A stretch of DNA of 64,000 bases from a virus, in IMG/VR virus record IMGVR_UViG_3300005264_000010, positions 1-64,000 of that record. One strand, given 5' to 3'. Both the position numbers and the translations under genes were made by a program. The notes beneath the pieces were generated by a model. The model was not told the DNA's origin. It made no database searches and saw only the letters and a list, made by a program, of their open reading frames with translations. Shown here piece by piece: positions 10,213 to 21,443 of this stretch. Numbering within the stretch: position 1 is the first letter of the stretch; the number at the start of each line of letters is the position of its first letter.

Positions 10213-10686
10213 ATGAAAAATATTAGAGAATTTATAACTGAAAGTGGAATGACTGAAAAGAAAATGATAGATACTATCATTAAAGAGATTAAACCAGTTT
10301 ATGATAAATGGAGAGATGAATATTTTGATTATCTAATAGCTAGAAAAGAATTAAAAAGAAATGATTATAAAGAGTATGAAAGAACTTGGGTAAGAAGTGA
10401 GCATAATATTTTATTATCAAATGATAAAGGTATGAAAGAAAAATTAGTAATAATTTTTGATAAAAAATTAGTTGATGTTAGTAAAGCAATTCATAAGAAG
10501 ATTGTGAATGCTAAGATAGGTAAAGTTTTTAAAATAGAAAGAGTTAAAGATAGTCATAATGATTTAGATTTTTATATAAATGATGCTTTTAAATTATCAA
10601 TTAGAACAATAGTTGCTAATGGATATGTTCAAGTAACTCATTATAGAGTTATAACTACAATCACAAAAATAAATATGGAGAAGTAA
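10213..10686 (+). CDS. Hypothetical protein with capsid-targeting-like leader (MKNIREFITES)
   Basis: Leader motif; strong SD; directly behind an early promoter. Confidence 0.55.
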   Translation: MKNIREFITESGMTEKKMIDTIIKEIKPVYDKWRDEYFDYLIARKELKRNDYKEYERTWVRSEHNILLSNDKGMKEKLVIIFDKKLVDVSKAIHKKIVNAKIGKVFKIERVKDSHNDLDFYINDAFKLSIRTIVANGYVQVTHYRVITTITKINMEK

Positions 10687-10687
10687 A

Positions 10688-11023
10688 ATGAGTAAAGAAA
10701 TAATTATAACAAGTAGAGACCTAATTATTGAAGGAATGTCTCTGATTAATAGACGGGGTCAACTAAATGAAAATCAATCAGATTCAAAAATGACATCATT
10801 GTTTATTTATGATTATGGTGATATATTTTGTTATGAAGATGAGTTTAAAATTGTTGGTGAGAATAGCTCAGAAACAGCGAATACTACACTTACAAGTGAA
10901 TGTAGTATAATTACTAAGAAAGGTAATCAATGTTCAAAGAAAGGTACTTATACTAATGAAGAAGGTAAATTATTTTGTGGTATTCACGCTAGAGGTAAAA
11001 ATTATTTAAAATTGGAGAAATAA
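10688..11023 (+). CDS. Hypothetical protein with C-terminal C-x8-C-x12-C-x2-H zinc finger
   Basis: CSIITKKGNQC...FCGIH. Confidence 0.55.
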   Translation: MSKEIIITSRDLIIEGMSLINRRGQLNENQSDSKMTSLFIYDYGDIFCYEDEFKIVGENSSETANTTLTSECSIITKKGNQCSKKGTYTNEEGKLFCGIHARGKNYLKLEK

Positions 11024-11024
11024 A

Positions 11025-12002
11025 ATGAGTAAAGAAGTAGAAATTTTAATAGATGGACTTGATGATGGTAGATTATTACTAAGTAGATATATAGGAGATG
11101 ATCCTTATTTTATTAATAATTCTAGTAATTGGTCTAAAAGTATGTTGAGTGTAGAAGATACTTTGGAGTTAGATGAAGTCTTAGATTATAATATCACTAA
11201 TAAACTATGGGAATATAAACTAGAGGAGAAAGAAGTAATGAAAAAAACTTGGACTGATGTATTTAAAATGTTAAGCGAGTTTGAAGAAGGTAAGCATATT
11301 ATTGTTTTTAAAGAAGATGATGATTTATCTATATTTGAAAGTATTGATGAAATGAATGAATGGGGCGTTATTGATTTATATGATTGTGAAATTGCCCCAA
11401 TTCATACTAAGTCATTTTTAGAACACTACGGAGATGAGTGGATAACTAACATGTCTCCTGATAAGAATATGATAAGAGGAGTTAAATATAAAGTAGATTG
11501 GGTCAATTTAGTTATCACTAAAGATGAAATAACTTTTAAAGATGAAAATAATCAATTATGTTTTGTTTATAGTGATAATTGGTTTGTATATGAGAGTTCA
11601 GATTATATATCTATATGCGGAAGAAGTGTTGAAGAGTTTCTTATTGATTGGGAAAGTATGAAGTATGACATTAAATATAAAGACAGTGAATCTGTCCTTA
11701 TTGGTAGTGATAAAGGAAACATTGCTAACATGACTAAAATAATTAATTATAACAATAAAGAAATAGTTGATCTTGAATTAGTAGAAATTAAGTTGAGATA
11801 TAATAGTGAAAATGTTGAAATTGGAAATACTTTTCTACATGAAAATAGTGATTATAAAATTTATAAAGTAGAAATGAAAAAAGATAGTATTATTCATTTA
11901 TCGCCTTCTCATAATATTGCCGATGGTTTCGATATTGGATATGAAGAGCTTTCAGCTAACTATCAAAAAATAGTAGTAGTTAGAATAAGTGATATATTAT
12001 GA
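11025..12002 (+). CDS. Hypothetical protein
   Basis: 325-aa ORF with GGAG SD. Confidence 0.6.
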   Translation: MSKEVEILIDGLDDGRLLLSRYIGDDPYFINNSSNWSKSMLSVEDTLELDEVLDYNITNKLWEYKLEEKEVMKKTWTDVFKMLSEFEEGKHIIVFKEDDDLSIFESIDEMNEWGVIDLYDCEIAPIHTKSFLEHYGDEWITNMSPDKNMIRGVKYKVDWVNLVITKDEITFKDENNQLCFVYSDNWFVYESSDYISICGRSVEEFLIDWESMKYDIKYKDSESVLIGSDKGNIANMTKIINYNNKEIVDLELVEIKLRYNSENVEIGNTFLHENSDYKIYKVEMKKDSIIHLSPSHNIADGFDIGYEELSANYQKIVVVRISDIL

Positions 12003-12204
12003 AATTATCAGATACTAAAAATATTACCGAAACATTATTATTTGAATGGGATAAATTTGATGTTGGTGAAACATTTGGTGGAGTTAAATTTTCAAGAAAA
12101 ATCAAGATGATGCTTAATATGATAGATAAATCTGATGATACTATTTTAAGAGTAATGAGAAAGCTAAAGAAAGATAGAAAATTAAATTATTCAGTATATA
12201 ATAA

Positions 12205-13194
12205 GAAAATTACATATTCGAATTAAATCTAAATAACCTTACACAACATTCAAGTGGTAATTTCAATGCTACTTGTAATGTTTGTGGTGATGGGGATGGA
12301 CATAAGCATAGATTGTGGTTTCTTAATGCTGATGATGGTGGAATAATAGTTAAATGCTTTAATGGAGGGTGCTTATTAGAGTCTTCTCCAACTTCGTTCT
12401 ATAATTTTTTAAAATTAGTTGAGCCAGCTTTAGCATCTAAATTTAATGAAGAACAAAGAAGAGATAGATTTCAAGATACTATTAGTTATGGTAAGCAAAG
12501 AACTAAAGCAAAGAAAGTAAAGTCATTTAAAATTGATAAAGATAACACTAAATTTTTCAAGAAATTATCTAGTAAGAAATATGATAAAATAAGTGAGCAT
12601 CCTAAAGCAATTGAATATTGTGAAAATAGAAAAATTCCTAAAGAGGTATATTCAAAATTTTATTATTGTGTTTATGATAAATCTAAATTCTATAATAAAA
12701 TGATAATGCCATTGTATAGAAATTCTGACAATCATATATATGGATTTGTTGCTAGGGATATTGTTAATAAGAAATTCTTGGTAAGTTTAGCATCGGATAA
12801 GAATATTAGACTATATAATATATTCAATATTGATAACACAATGAATGTTTATATATTAGAAAGTATGATAGATTTAATGTCAATGGGAAATGATTTTAAT
12901 GGGATTGCTATGCTTACATCTTCTATTCCTCAACATATATTAGATACTATAAAGAAACCAATATTTTCATTTGATAATGATCTAACTGGTATAAATAAGT
13001 CAATAGAATATACTGATAAAGGATATAAAGTAGTAATATTCCCAGATGACTTCAAATATAAAGATATAAATGAAGCTATTGTTGATGGATATGATAAAGA
13101 TAGAATTAAGAAAATAATGATTGCTAATACTTATGAGGGTATACAAGCAACTCTAAAATTAAAAATGATTAAGAAGAAGAGGAGATTAAGATGA
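12205..13194 (+). CDS. DNA primase (T4 gp61-like); canonical start codon missing
   Basis: Frame is open from 12205 and includes NATCNVCGDG...VKCFNGGC zinc ribbon; TOPRIM motifs YILESMIDLMS, FDND, KDINE. Confidence 0.85.
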   Translation, partial: ENYIFELNLNNLTQHSSGNFNATCNVCGDGDGHKHRLWFLNADDGGIIVKCFNGGCLLESSPTSFYNFLKLVEPALASKFNEEQRRDRFQDTISYGKQRTKAKKVKSFKIDKDNTKFFKKLSSKKYDKISEHPKAIEYCENRKIPKEVYSKFYYCVYDKSKFYNKMIMPLYRNSDNHIYGFVARDIVNKKFLVSLASDKNIRLYNIFNIDNTMNVYILESMIDLMSMGNDFNGIAMLTSSIPQHILDTIKKPIFSFDNDLTGINKSIEYTDKGYKVVIFPDDFKYKDINEAIVDGYDKDRIKKIMIANTYEGIQATLKLKMIKKKRRLR

Positions 13195-13471
13195 GTAACC
13201 CGAAATGTTTAGTTTTTAACAAAGCAATTGTAGAGAGTAATGGTATATATAGAGTTAATGGCAAAACAACTAGAATTATAGATCAACTAATACAAGATTT
13301 ATTTAATTATGGTTCTATTCATGTAAAAAATGAATACAATAATACTTCTTCTAATGAATATACATTTGATAAATTAAAAAGAAGACTAGAATCAGAACAT
13401 ATGTTTACTTGTGAAGATTTAATATTTAGTAAAAAGGAGTTATTAATTAAATTTAAGGAGATTGATAATTA

Positions 13472-13969
13472 ATGAAAACATTTATATTTTATGATGAAAT
13501 AATTCATGCTACTGTTAATGAACTAATAGAGAAAATTGAATTAGTAGAAGATTCAAATGAACATATACAAATATTGTTCTCATCAATGGGTGGTGGTTAC
13601 AATACAATGAATATGCTAATTCATTATATTAAAAACTCAGAAAAGTATATTCAATTAGTAGGAAGTGGTGAAATATCTTCTGCTGGATTTATATTATTTT
13701 TCTCTTGCGGTAATAATAATAAAATTCTTGATGGTAGCTATTCAGTAATTCATTTAGGAACAAGATCAGTAGAAACTAGAGATTTAATGAATAATAAAAC
13801 ATTTGATAATTTTGCAAGTAAAATGTTATTAGCTGATAATAAGAGTATAATAGAATGGTATTCATCTCTTGGTGTTACTTATCAAGAATTGAATAGATTA
13901 AAGAAAGGCGAAGATATATATTTTGATACTAATAGATTAAATGAAATTTTGAAAGGAGTACAAAAGTGA
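13472..13969 (+). CDS. ClpP-like protease subunit
   Basis: FSSMGG, GEISSAGFILF, VIH motifs. Confidence 0.7.
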   Translation: MKTFIFYDEIIHATVNELIEKIELVEDSNEHIQILFSSMGGGYNTMNMLIHYIKNSEKYIQLVGSGEISSAGFILFFSCGNNNKILDGSYSVIHLGTRSVETRDLMNNKTFDNFASKMLLADNKSIIEWYSSLGVTYQELNRLKKGEDIYFDTNRLNEILKGVQK

Positions 13970-14649
13970 TTAAAATAGAACATTTAGAATCTGTTGGTTG
14001 GGAACATTCAATTAGAGGTATGAGAAATCCACTAGAAAGTTGGAATAAATCAGATAGTAAATTAATTGTGTCTGAGTATAATAGTAGAATTACTTTAAAT
14101 AATACTCAAACTAGTGTGTATATGTTAGGTAAAAATGATTTAAAGTTAGCAAAGAAATTAGTTAAGGCTGGAGCTAGTCATAGGAAGTTTTTAAGACACA
14201 TTAATATATATTGTGATATTACAGCTAATGAGAAATGGTTTGCTGAATTTGATACCTATTTACATACTGTACAGAACTCAACAAGTCAAATGCACAGTTT
14301 ATTAAAGAAACCATTTACTGAAAAAGATTTTAGTTATGAAATTAAAACATTAGATACTCAAAGATTATTTTTAGATATTATAAAACAATTAAACAAATTA
14401 AGACTTGTTTATTTAGAATCTAAAACACAAGAGAATAAGAAAATAATATGGAGGGATATTTTAGAAATTATGCCTCAGTCATATTTATACACGAGAACAG
14501 TAATGTTTAATTATGAAGTATTCTTATCAATGTATCCACAAAGAATAAATCATAAAATGACAGAGTGGCGAGAATTAATGAGTTTACTAAGAAATGATTT
14601 ACCATATATGGATGAATTTTTAACAACTATTGAGGAGAAAAAGAAATGA
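13966..14649 (+). CDS. ThyX-like (FAD-dependent thymidylate synthase fold) protein
   Basis: IRGMRNPLESWNKSDS, HRKFLRHI, NSTSQMH, PQSYLYTRT, HKMTEW. Confidence 0.6.
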   Translation: MIKIEHLESVGWEHSIRGMRNPLESWNKSDSKLIVSEYNSRITLNNTQTSVYMLGKNDLKLAKKLVKAGASHRKFLRHINIYCDITANEKWFAEFDTYLHTVQNSTSQMHSLLKKPFTEKDFSYEIKTLDTQRLFLDIIKQLNKLRLVYLESKTQENKKIIWRDILEIMPQSYLYTRTVMFNYEVFLSMYPQRINHKMTEWRELMSLLRNDLPYMDEFLTTIEEKKK

Positions 14650-14946
14650 CATTAGAAGAAAAATTAAGAAAATTGATTATTGAAGAAAGACAGCAACATC
14701 AAGGTAGTAATACAGATTTAGCATTTGGTAGAGAAACTATACTAAAAGAATTAGAAAGGTTGTTAGAACAAGAAAAATCTGAAAGTAAAGAAATTGATTT
14801 GTTATTAAGTTAAGTAATTCTTATATCTAAAACTAACAAAAAGTGCATTTAATTTATTTTAAATGCACTTTTTTCTTGACATTTTATTTTATTATATGTA
14901 TATTGTAATTATAACTTAATTTAAAAATAAATAAAGGAGAAACAAA

Positions 14947-15381
14947 ATGTGTGAATTAACTAGAAGCATCAATTATGTAAAGAACCTAAACAACTTGTCA
15001 GAAGATTCAATAACTACTTTTGGACTTGCTCAAAAGTATAGAGAAATTTCTCTATTAAAGAAAGAGTTAGAAGCTACTGAGGAATCATTAAAATCTCAAT
15101 TGATCGAAAGAGGTGAAACTATTATGCTTCCTGAAACTAAAGAGAAAGTAATGTGGAGTGAAGGTAAAGATAAATCAGCAATCAATGTAATGAGTGTTTT
15201 CAAAGAAATGAAGAAAGAAAAAAGAATTAATGAATTTATGTCAATAGTTTCATTAACAAAGAAAAACTTAGAATCTATTGAAGGTGGAAAAGTATTTTCA
15301 GCCAAATATAGTGAAGTTGTTGGAAAAACTAACCCATCAGTATCATTTAAGAAGATGTCAAAGAAAGATTTAGAATCATAG
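14947..15381 (+). CDS. Hypothetical early protein
   Basis: ORF behind early promoter 14876 with AAGGAG SD. Confidence 0.6.
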   Translation: MCELTRSINYVKNLNNLSEDSITTFGLAQKYREISLLKKELEATEESLKSQLIERGETIMLPETKEKVMWSEGKDKSAINVMSVFKEMKKEKRINEFMSIVSLTKKNLESIEGGKVFSAKYSEVVGKTNPSVSFKKMSKKDLES

Positions 15382-15398
15382 TCAAATAGACGATATAC

Positions 15399-15500
15399 TC
15401 GACTTTCATCTTTAGATACTAATTATATTAAGATAAAGATGAAAGTTGATTTAAACATATCAAATGATAGCTTAAATCAAAGGTTAATATAAATGAGTAA
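15399..15500 (+). repeat. Dispersed non-coding element, copy 1
   Basis: Hairpin GACTTTCATCTTTA...TAAAGATGAAAGTT around AGATACTAATTATAT; 15462-15500 is identical (39 bp) to 29860-29898. Confidence 0.8.
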
Positions 15501-15996
15501 AATATTAATAGAAGATATAACTTTTTATAATAATGTTAGAGTAATAGATACTAGACATTATCAAGATCAGTTTCTAAAAAGAAATATTGATTTAACAACT
15601 AATGATATTAAATTAATATTTGAGAGAGGTATTGATACCCTTAAAGGATATGCTGAGAATGGTATGTTCTATCTTATTTATTCTAAAGAATTTAATCAAG
15701 GTGTGGTTATTAAATATAAGAAAGGTAAAAAACATGATATAATAGTCATAGTTACATTCTTACCTAGAGGTAGAAAGCAACCTAAAGATGATACTGAAAG
15801 AATAATAGTTGAGAATAATATAATATGTATGGATAATGAATGTTTAGTATATCTAAATGAAATATTTAATGACGTTAAAGAAACTAATACAAGCACAATA
15901 ATAGAATCATATATAAATAATTTTAATTTTAATTTTTATTTCTTAGATGGTAAAATATATGATATTACTAATTTAGAAGTAATCGAGGTGGTGTAA
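15493..15996 (+). CDS. Hypothetical protein
   Basis: 167-aa ORF whose RBS and start lie inside the repeat. Confidence 0.6.
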   Translation: MSKILIEDITFYNNVRVIDTRHYQDQFLKRNIDLTTNDIKLIFERGIDTLKGYAENGMFYLIYSKEFNQGVVIKYKKGKKHDIIVIVTFLPRGRKQPKDDTERIIVENNIICMDNECLVYLNEIFNDVKETNTSTIIESYINNFNFNFYFLDGKIYDITNLEVIEVV

Positions 15997-15999
15997 TTT

Positions 16000-16785
16000 A
16001 TGAGTAATGAAATAGTAAAAGGAATGACAATAGTAGATTTTCTGAGCATATATAAGAATGAGTTTGAGAGAAAATTTAATGAAAGAAAAAAGAAGATGAA
16101 AGAGGATTATAAGAAAGAAAATGGATATTATTATGATATTGGACAGTTAAGAGAAAATCTTTTTATATTTCTTAAAATACTTGACGAATTAAGTTTTAAA
16201 GATAGTGATCAGTTATTATCAATGATAATTCATAATGTAAATATTAGTAATAGAAGGGATACTGCATATAAAGATATTAAAGATATTAAAGATAATGTAT
16301 TTTTTAGAAAGAGAAAGAAAATAATATTAAAAAATACTCCAAGAATTACTGATAAGAAAATTATTATTGATAAATCTAGTATGAATAAGATTGAAGTATT
16401 ACAAAAAGAGCATAATAATCTATTAAAACTACTGAAAGATAAATGGTATATTGGGAGAGAACATAATGTTTTTGATTATACTATAGAAAAAAGAAATATT
16501 TGGTTTGATGAAATATTTAGTAATCTATCTTCTGACACAAAAGAAATGATTAGTATGTTAACGGAGAAATATCATATAGTAAAGAATATAATTGATTTAT
16601 TTAAACATGTAAATATACATCCAATAGATATGGATGTATATGGTGATGATTATTATCAATTTACTAACTTTAAATTATTTTGGAAACAACTACAAGGTGA
16701 GTGTGTGGATATGTCTAAATCCAATGTATTATCACTATTTAAAACTAAATATAATATTGATGAAATTATAAATGAGGGATTCTAA
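16000..16785 (+). CDS. Hypothetical protein
   Basis: 261-aa ORF with GAGGTG SD. Confidence 0.6.
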   Translation: MSNEIVKGMTIVDFLSIYKNEFERKFNERKKKMKEDYKKENGYYYDIGQLRENLFIFLKILDELSFKDSDQLLSMIIHNVNISNRRDTAYKDIKDIKDNVFFRKRKKIILKNTPRITDKKIIIDKSSMNKIEVLQKEHNNLLKLLKDKWYIGREHNVFDYTIEKRNIWFDEIFSNLSSDTKEMISMLTEKYHIVKNIIDLFKHVNIHPIDMDVYGDDYYQFTNFKLFWKQLQGECVDMSKSNVLSLFKTKYNIDEIINEGF

Positions 16786-18083
16786 TAATGAGTAATCTAA
16801 GAGATAAATTTGTAAGAGATGTTGATTATAAGAGATATTTGAAAATTAAAGATATAGTCACTAGAATAAATGAACTTATAGATAGTGGATTTCTTATAAT
16901 TGATGATAGTCTTGTAGATAATGACAAATATGAAATAAATGAAGATGGTACTATTAATCAGTTAATAGGTAAATCATCTAAAGCAATAATAGTTGGTGGA
17001 GTTACTGAAATGAATGGTGATTTAATTTATGTTAATAAAGAAGATATAGACTATTTTGATAAGATACAAATAGTAAATCCATTAAATATCGAGAAACTTT
17101 AAGTAAGGAAATAAATTATGTTTGAATTTATGAGAATGAGTAATATTATTAGACATATATTTTATTATACACCTAAAATAAAGAAGATATATTTGTCATC
17201 AACAAAGTATAATTATCAGCAAAATATCAAATTTGGTGGATGTCAAATAATATTAACTCATTTGATAAGAGGTTCTTTAATAGAGATTAAGTTTAATAAT
17301 AGTGATATTTGTAGTTATGTTGATCAGAATATTCAATTGAATAATTTTCTAGGTATTAATGATATTGAAAATAATTTAACTAAAAATGATATGAAATATA
17401 TAATTAAAGAATTAAAAAGAATTAAAAAGGAGAAATGAAATGAAGAAATTTTTAACAGTAGCAATATTCAACTTTATAGTAATAAATATGATAATTTTCA
17501 TAATAGGTTCATTCGTAAATATGGAGTTTTTTAACTTCTATTCTTTTACTGAGGGAATGGGGGTTATTAGAGGTTCGATAATGATAATTTATTTGATTTC
17601 TTTAGTATTTATGATGTCTATGGAATATGGTGATGATCTATTAGTCATAAGTGAGGAGTATGATTTCATAATATTTATATTTAATTATTTTAAGAAGAAA
17701 TAAAAAAAGCTTGACATTATTAAAAATTATTATTATATTGTAGTTGTAGGTTAATTTAAAAGGAGAAATGAAAAAATGAGTATTAGTAATAAAGAAATGA
17801 GAATAGATGTTAATTTCGCTAAAGATTTGTCTGAGGGTAAAATTAGTATTGGAACTATTGGATCTACAATAACATTAACTCCAATGAAAAATAAAGCTAG
17901 TGTAGGAAGTGAACTTAAAGTCAAAGATGTTGACACAACAAAGAAAATTAACTTAAATTTCAATCATATTGAGAGTGTTGAAATGCTAATTGAACATCTG
18001 AGTTATGTGAAAGAAAATCTGAGAACTAGAGATTACCATAACCAACTAGCTTATTGCTGTTAATTAAAAAGGAGAAGTAAACT

Positions 18084-19985
18084 ATGAGTAAAGAAATATC
18101 AAACTTAGAATATCTAATAATGACACACAAAGAGATTTACTATAATGGGTTAGAAGGCAGAGATGATATTAAAGCTATTTCTGATAGTGAATTTGACAAG
18201 CTAGAAGATGAGCTTAGAGAACTTGACCCAAATAATATAGTATTACAAAAAGTTGGAACTAATGGTGGTAAAGTTAAACATTCAAATCCAATGCTAAGTA
18301 TCAAGAAAACTAAAGATGAAAATGATGTTTATGATTTACTGAAAAAAGGTAATTTGATAGCTAGTTATAAAATGGATGGATCAGCTTGTAGTTTAAAATA
18401 TGAATATGGTCAATGGATTAGTGCTTCAACTAGAGGTGATGGTGAATTTGGGAATGATGTATCTAAACAAATGAAATATGTAAATTTTCCTAAGAGTATT
18501 AGTAATATTACTGAAGTTAGAGGTGAAGTAGTAATAAGTAAAAGTAATTTTGAGCAGTTAAAGATGGATATGTTATCAAGATCATTAGATGAGCCAGAAT
18601 CAATTAGAAATTGTGTTGCTGGAATATTAAATCCTAATAGAAAGGATAATTTTGATCTTGCTAAACACTTGACTTTTATACCATATTTAAGTGATAATGA
18701 TTTATTCTATAACGATATATTTACATATCTAAGTACTTTTGGATTTGAATTACCTGTCTATGAAGAAATAATAAGTAATTCTGATGTTGATACTTTTATT
18801 ACTAAGTATGTTGAAAGTATTAAAGATTATGAGTATTTAACGGATGGGATTGTATTCAGAATAAACGATAATAGAGTAGCTAATAAGCAAGGTAAAACTT
18901 CTCATCATTATAAACATTCAATAGCATATAAACTTGAAGCAGAGACTGCTATAACTACTATTAAGAATATTATACCAGAAGTTAATAGAACTGGGAAAAT
19001 ATCTTATGTAGCTGAAATTAAAAAAGTTAAATTATCTGGTGCTACAATAGGTCGAGTAACATTACATAATGCTAGAAATATAATAGATAATAACTTAGGT
19101 GTTGATGCTAAAATTGAAATACAGCGTAGTAATGAAATAATTCCCAAGTATTTAAAAACTATTGAAGGAGTTAATCCATATACTAATCTATCAATGTTTT
19201 GTCCAAGTTGCGGTGAGTCATTGAGTTGGGGTATGAGTAAAGCTGATTTATTATGTACAAATAATAGTTGTGAAGGAATATTTTTCTATAAAGTGCTTCA
19301 CTTTATAAAAACCCTTGAGATTGACTCATTTAGCGATAAGACATTAAGAAAATTATTTAATCTAGGATATATTGAAGACTATTCAGATATTTTTAAATTG
19401 ACTTATAAAGCTTTTTTACAATTACCTAAGTTCCAAAAGAAGTCAGCAGAAAATCTATATAATAATATTCAATCTAAAAAGAATATTCCTTTAGCGACTT
19501 TCTTAGCATCGTTAGGGATTAGTGGTTTAGGTAAAACTGCAAGTAAATTGATTGTAAATAAATATAAGACTTGGTATGATATATTTATGACAGCATCTGT
19601 TTATGACTTAGAACAAATTGATGGTATAGGTGAGGTATTAGCTAATAATTTTTATAATGATATTCACAATATAGCTACACTAAAAGAACATTTAGAACAT
19701 GACTGTGGAGTTACTATAATAGATGCTAATACTACGGATGATGAATTAAGTGGTGGTAAATTAGAGAATATGAATATAGTAATAACTGGTAGTTTAGGAA
19801 TATCAAGAAAGCAATGGAAAAAAGACATTGAAGTAAATGGTGGGAGTTTAAAGAGTAGTGTTAGCAAAACAACTGATATATTAGTTTGTAATGATCAAGA
19901 TTCTAGTAGTAGTAAAATGAGAAAGGCTAAAGAATTGAATATTAAGATTGTAAGTGAAGATGAGCTAATAGAATTGTTTAAATAG
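18084..19985 (+). CDS. ligA: NAD+-dependent DNA ligase
   Basis: SDSEFDKL, HSNPMLSI, KMDG, TRGDG..G.DV, EVRGE, DGIV, Zn finger, HhH repeats, C-terminal BRCT (VITGSL...SSVSKTTD). Confidence 0.95.
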   Translation: MSKEISNLEYLIMTHKEIYYNGLEGRDDIKAISDSEFDKLEDELRELDPNNIVLQKVGTNGGKVKHSNPMLSIKKTKDENDVYDLLKKGNLIASYKMDGSACSLKYEYGQWISASTRGDGEFGNDVSKQMKYVNFPKSISNITEVRGEVVISKSNFEQLKMDMLSRSLDEPESIRNCVAGILNPNRKDNFDLAKHLTFIPYLSDNDLFYNDIFTYLSTFGFELPVYEEIISNSDVDTFITKYVESIKDYEYLTDGIVFRINDNRVANKQGKTSHHYKHSIAYKLEAETAITTIKNIIPEVNRTGKISYVAEIKKVKLSGATIGRVTLHNARNIIDNNLGVDAKIEIQRSNEIIPKYLKTIEGVNPYTNLSMFCPSCGESLSWGMSKADLLCTNNSCEGIFFYKVLHFIKTLEIDSFSDKTLRKLFNLGYIEDYSDIFKLTYKAFLQLPKFQKKSAENLYNNIQSKKNIPLATFLASLGISGLGKTASKLIVNKYKTWYDIFMTASVYDLEQIDGIGEVLANNFYNDIHNIATLKEHLEHDCGVTIIDANTTDDELSGGKLENMNIVITGSLGISRKQWKKDIEVNGGSLKSSVSKTTDILVCNDQDSSSSKMRKAKELNIKIVSEDELIELFK

Positions 19986-19995
19986 AGGATTATAA

Positions 19996-20313
19996 ATGTA
20001 TGATATAATTGGATGGATAATGGTTTTTATCTCAATAATAGCTTCAATATTATCATCAAAATATCAAAATAGATACTCAATGATTCTTTATATAATTACT
20101 GCAATGTGGTGGTCATATTATAATATATTAGTTATACAGGAGTATCATCAAGGATGTTTAAGATTGTTTTATTTTGGGATGGGAATAATTGGATGGTTCT
20201 CTTGGAGTGAAAAAGATAAAATAAGAAGAGCTAAAGATGAAGAAATAACTGAACTTAAATTAAAATTAAAGGAATATGAGAATGAGAACAATAATCTGCG
20301 GAAAAAGTGCTAG
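19996..20313 (+). CDS. Small membrane protein, PnuC/SemiSWEET-like half transporter
   Basis: Three hydrophobic helices ending YHQGCLRLFYFGMGIIGWFSW, like the PnuC repeat end. Confidence 0.5.
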   Translation: MYDIIGWIMVFISIIASILSSKYQNRYSMILYIITAMWWSYYNILVIQEYHQGCLRLFYFGMGIIGWFSWSEKDKIRRAKDEEITELKLKLKEYENENNNLRKKC

Positions 20314-20794
20314 TGGAAAAGATTTATTAAGAGAACTATTAGTTAGTAAAGGATTAAAACCTTCAATATCTTATACTACTAGACCATTAAGAGATGGAGA
20401 AATACAAGGAATTGATTATTTCTTCATTACTGAAGATGAAGCAGAACAGTATATAGATTCTAATATTTTTCATGGTAGTGTTAAATTTAATGGGTGGTTT
20501 TATGGGACTAGTTTTGATTCATTTGAAAATGATGATATATTTATTATGACGCCTAAAGCAATATCTAAATTAACCATGAAAGAAAGGAGAGATTCATACA
20601 TTATGTTTTTAGATTTAGACGATAATACATTAAGAGAAAGGATAAATATTAGAGGTGATATGAAAGGTGACAATATAGATAGAAGATTTTTAGCAGACAA
20701 AAAAGATTTTGAAAACTTCACTGATTATGATATTAGAATATCTAATAATGACTTTAATCAAAAATATTATGAAAAAAAACTTGACACACTATAA
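20276..20794 (+). CDS. Guanylate kinase-like protein
   Basis: GKSASGKD P-loop, SYTTRPLRDGEIQGIDYFF, WFYGT. Confidence 0.85.
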   Translation: MRMRTIICGKSASGKDLLRELLVSKGLKPSISYTTRPLRDGEIQGIDYFFITEDEAEQYIDSNIFHGSVKFNGWFYGTSFDSFENDDIFIMTPKAISKLTMKERRDSYIMFLDLDDNTLRERINIRGDMKGDNIDRRFLADKKDFENFTDYDIRISNNDFNQKYYEKKLDTL

Positions 20795-20975
20795 ATTATT
20801 TCGTATATTACTATTAGATGATAATTTAATAGGAGTTAAAGATGAGTTGGATATTGAAGGTTGAAAAGTATTTTGATTTGTATGAGATATTTGCATTTAT
20901 GAGCGAAGAAGAAGCAATAGCATTCCAAGATGATTGGAATTTAAAAGGTGAAATTTATTATAAGGAAGAAGAATA

Positions 20976-21431
20976 ATGAAAACTATTAGAGAATTTCTAT
21001 CAGATCAACTATCTAAAACAGATTTATTTGAAATGGCTTTTGATAAGAAAACTATTGAGAGGAAAATTGATGGACTAGCTAGACCAATATTATTACATCT
21101 AATAAAGATATTAAAATGGGACGATAAGCAAAACTATAATAAACATATTAAAGATATAAACTCATGGTTAAGAGAAATAGATAGATTAGAATTAAAACCA
21201 AAAAAGAAAAAACTAAAATCAGATATTTATTATTTTTGGCTATATGATGGACCTATTGGTAATAGCATAAGAATTATTAATAGTTATATTGATGGTGATT
21301 TAGAAGATTATCATAAATTAAATATAAAGAGAAGTAATAAAGAAGTTATGATTAGTATAGAAAAAATTATTAAGCAAATATCTATTGATATATCAAATAA
21401 TAGATTAGAGAAAATACAAAACTATCTATAA
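20976..21431 (+). CDS. Hypothetical protein with capsid-targeting-like leader (MKTIREF...LFE)
   Basis: Leader motif; LLHLIKILKW helix reminiscent of DUF29. Confidence 0.5.
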   Translation: MKTIREFLSDQLSKTDLFEMAFDKKTIERKIDGLARPILLHLIKILKWDDKQNYNKHIKDINSWLREIDRLELKPKKKKLKSDIYYFWLYDGPIGNSIRIINSYIDGDLEDYHKLNIKRSNKEVMISIEKIIKQISIDISNNRLEKIQNYL

Positions 21432-21443
21432 GGAAGATGAGAA

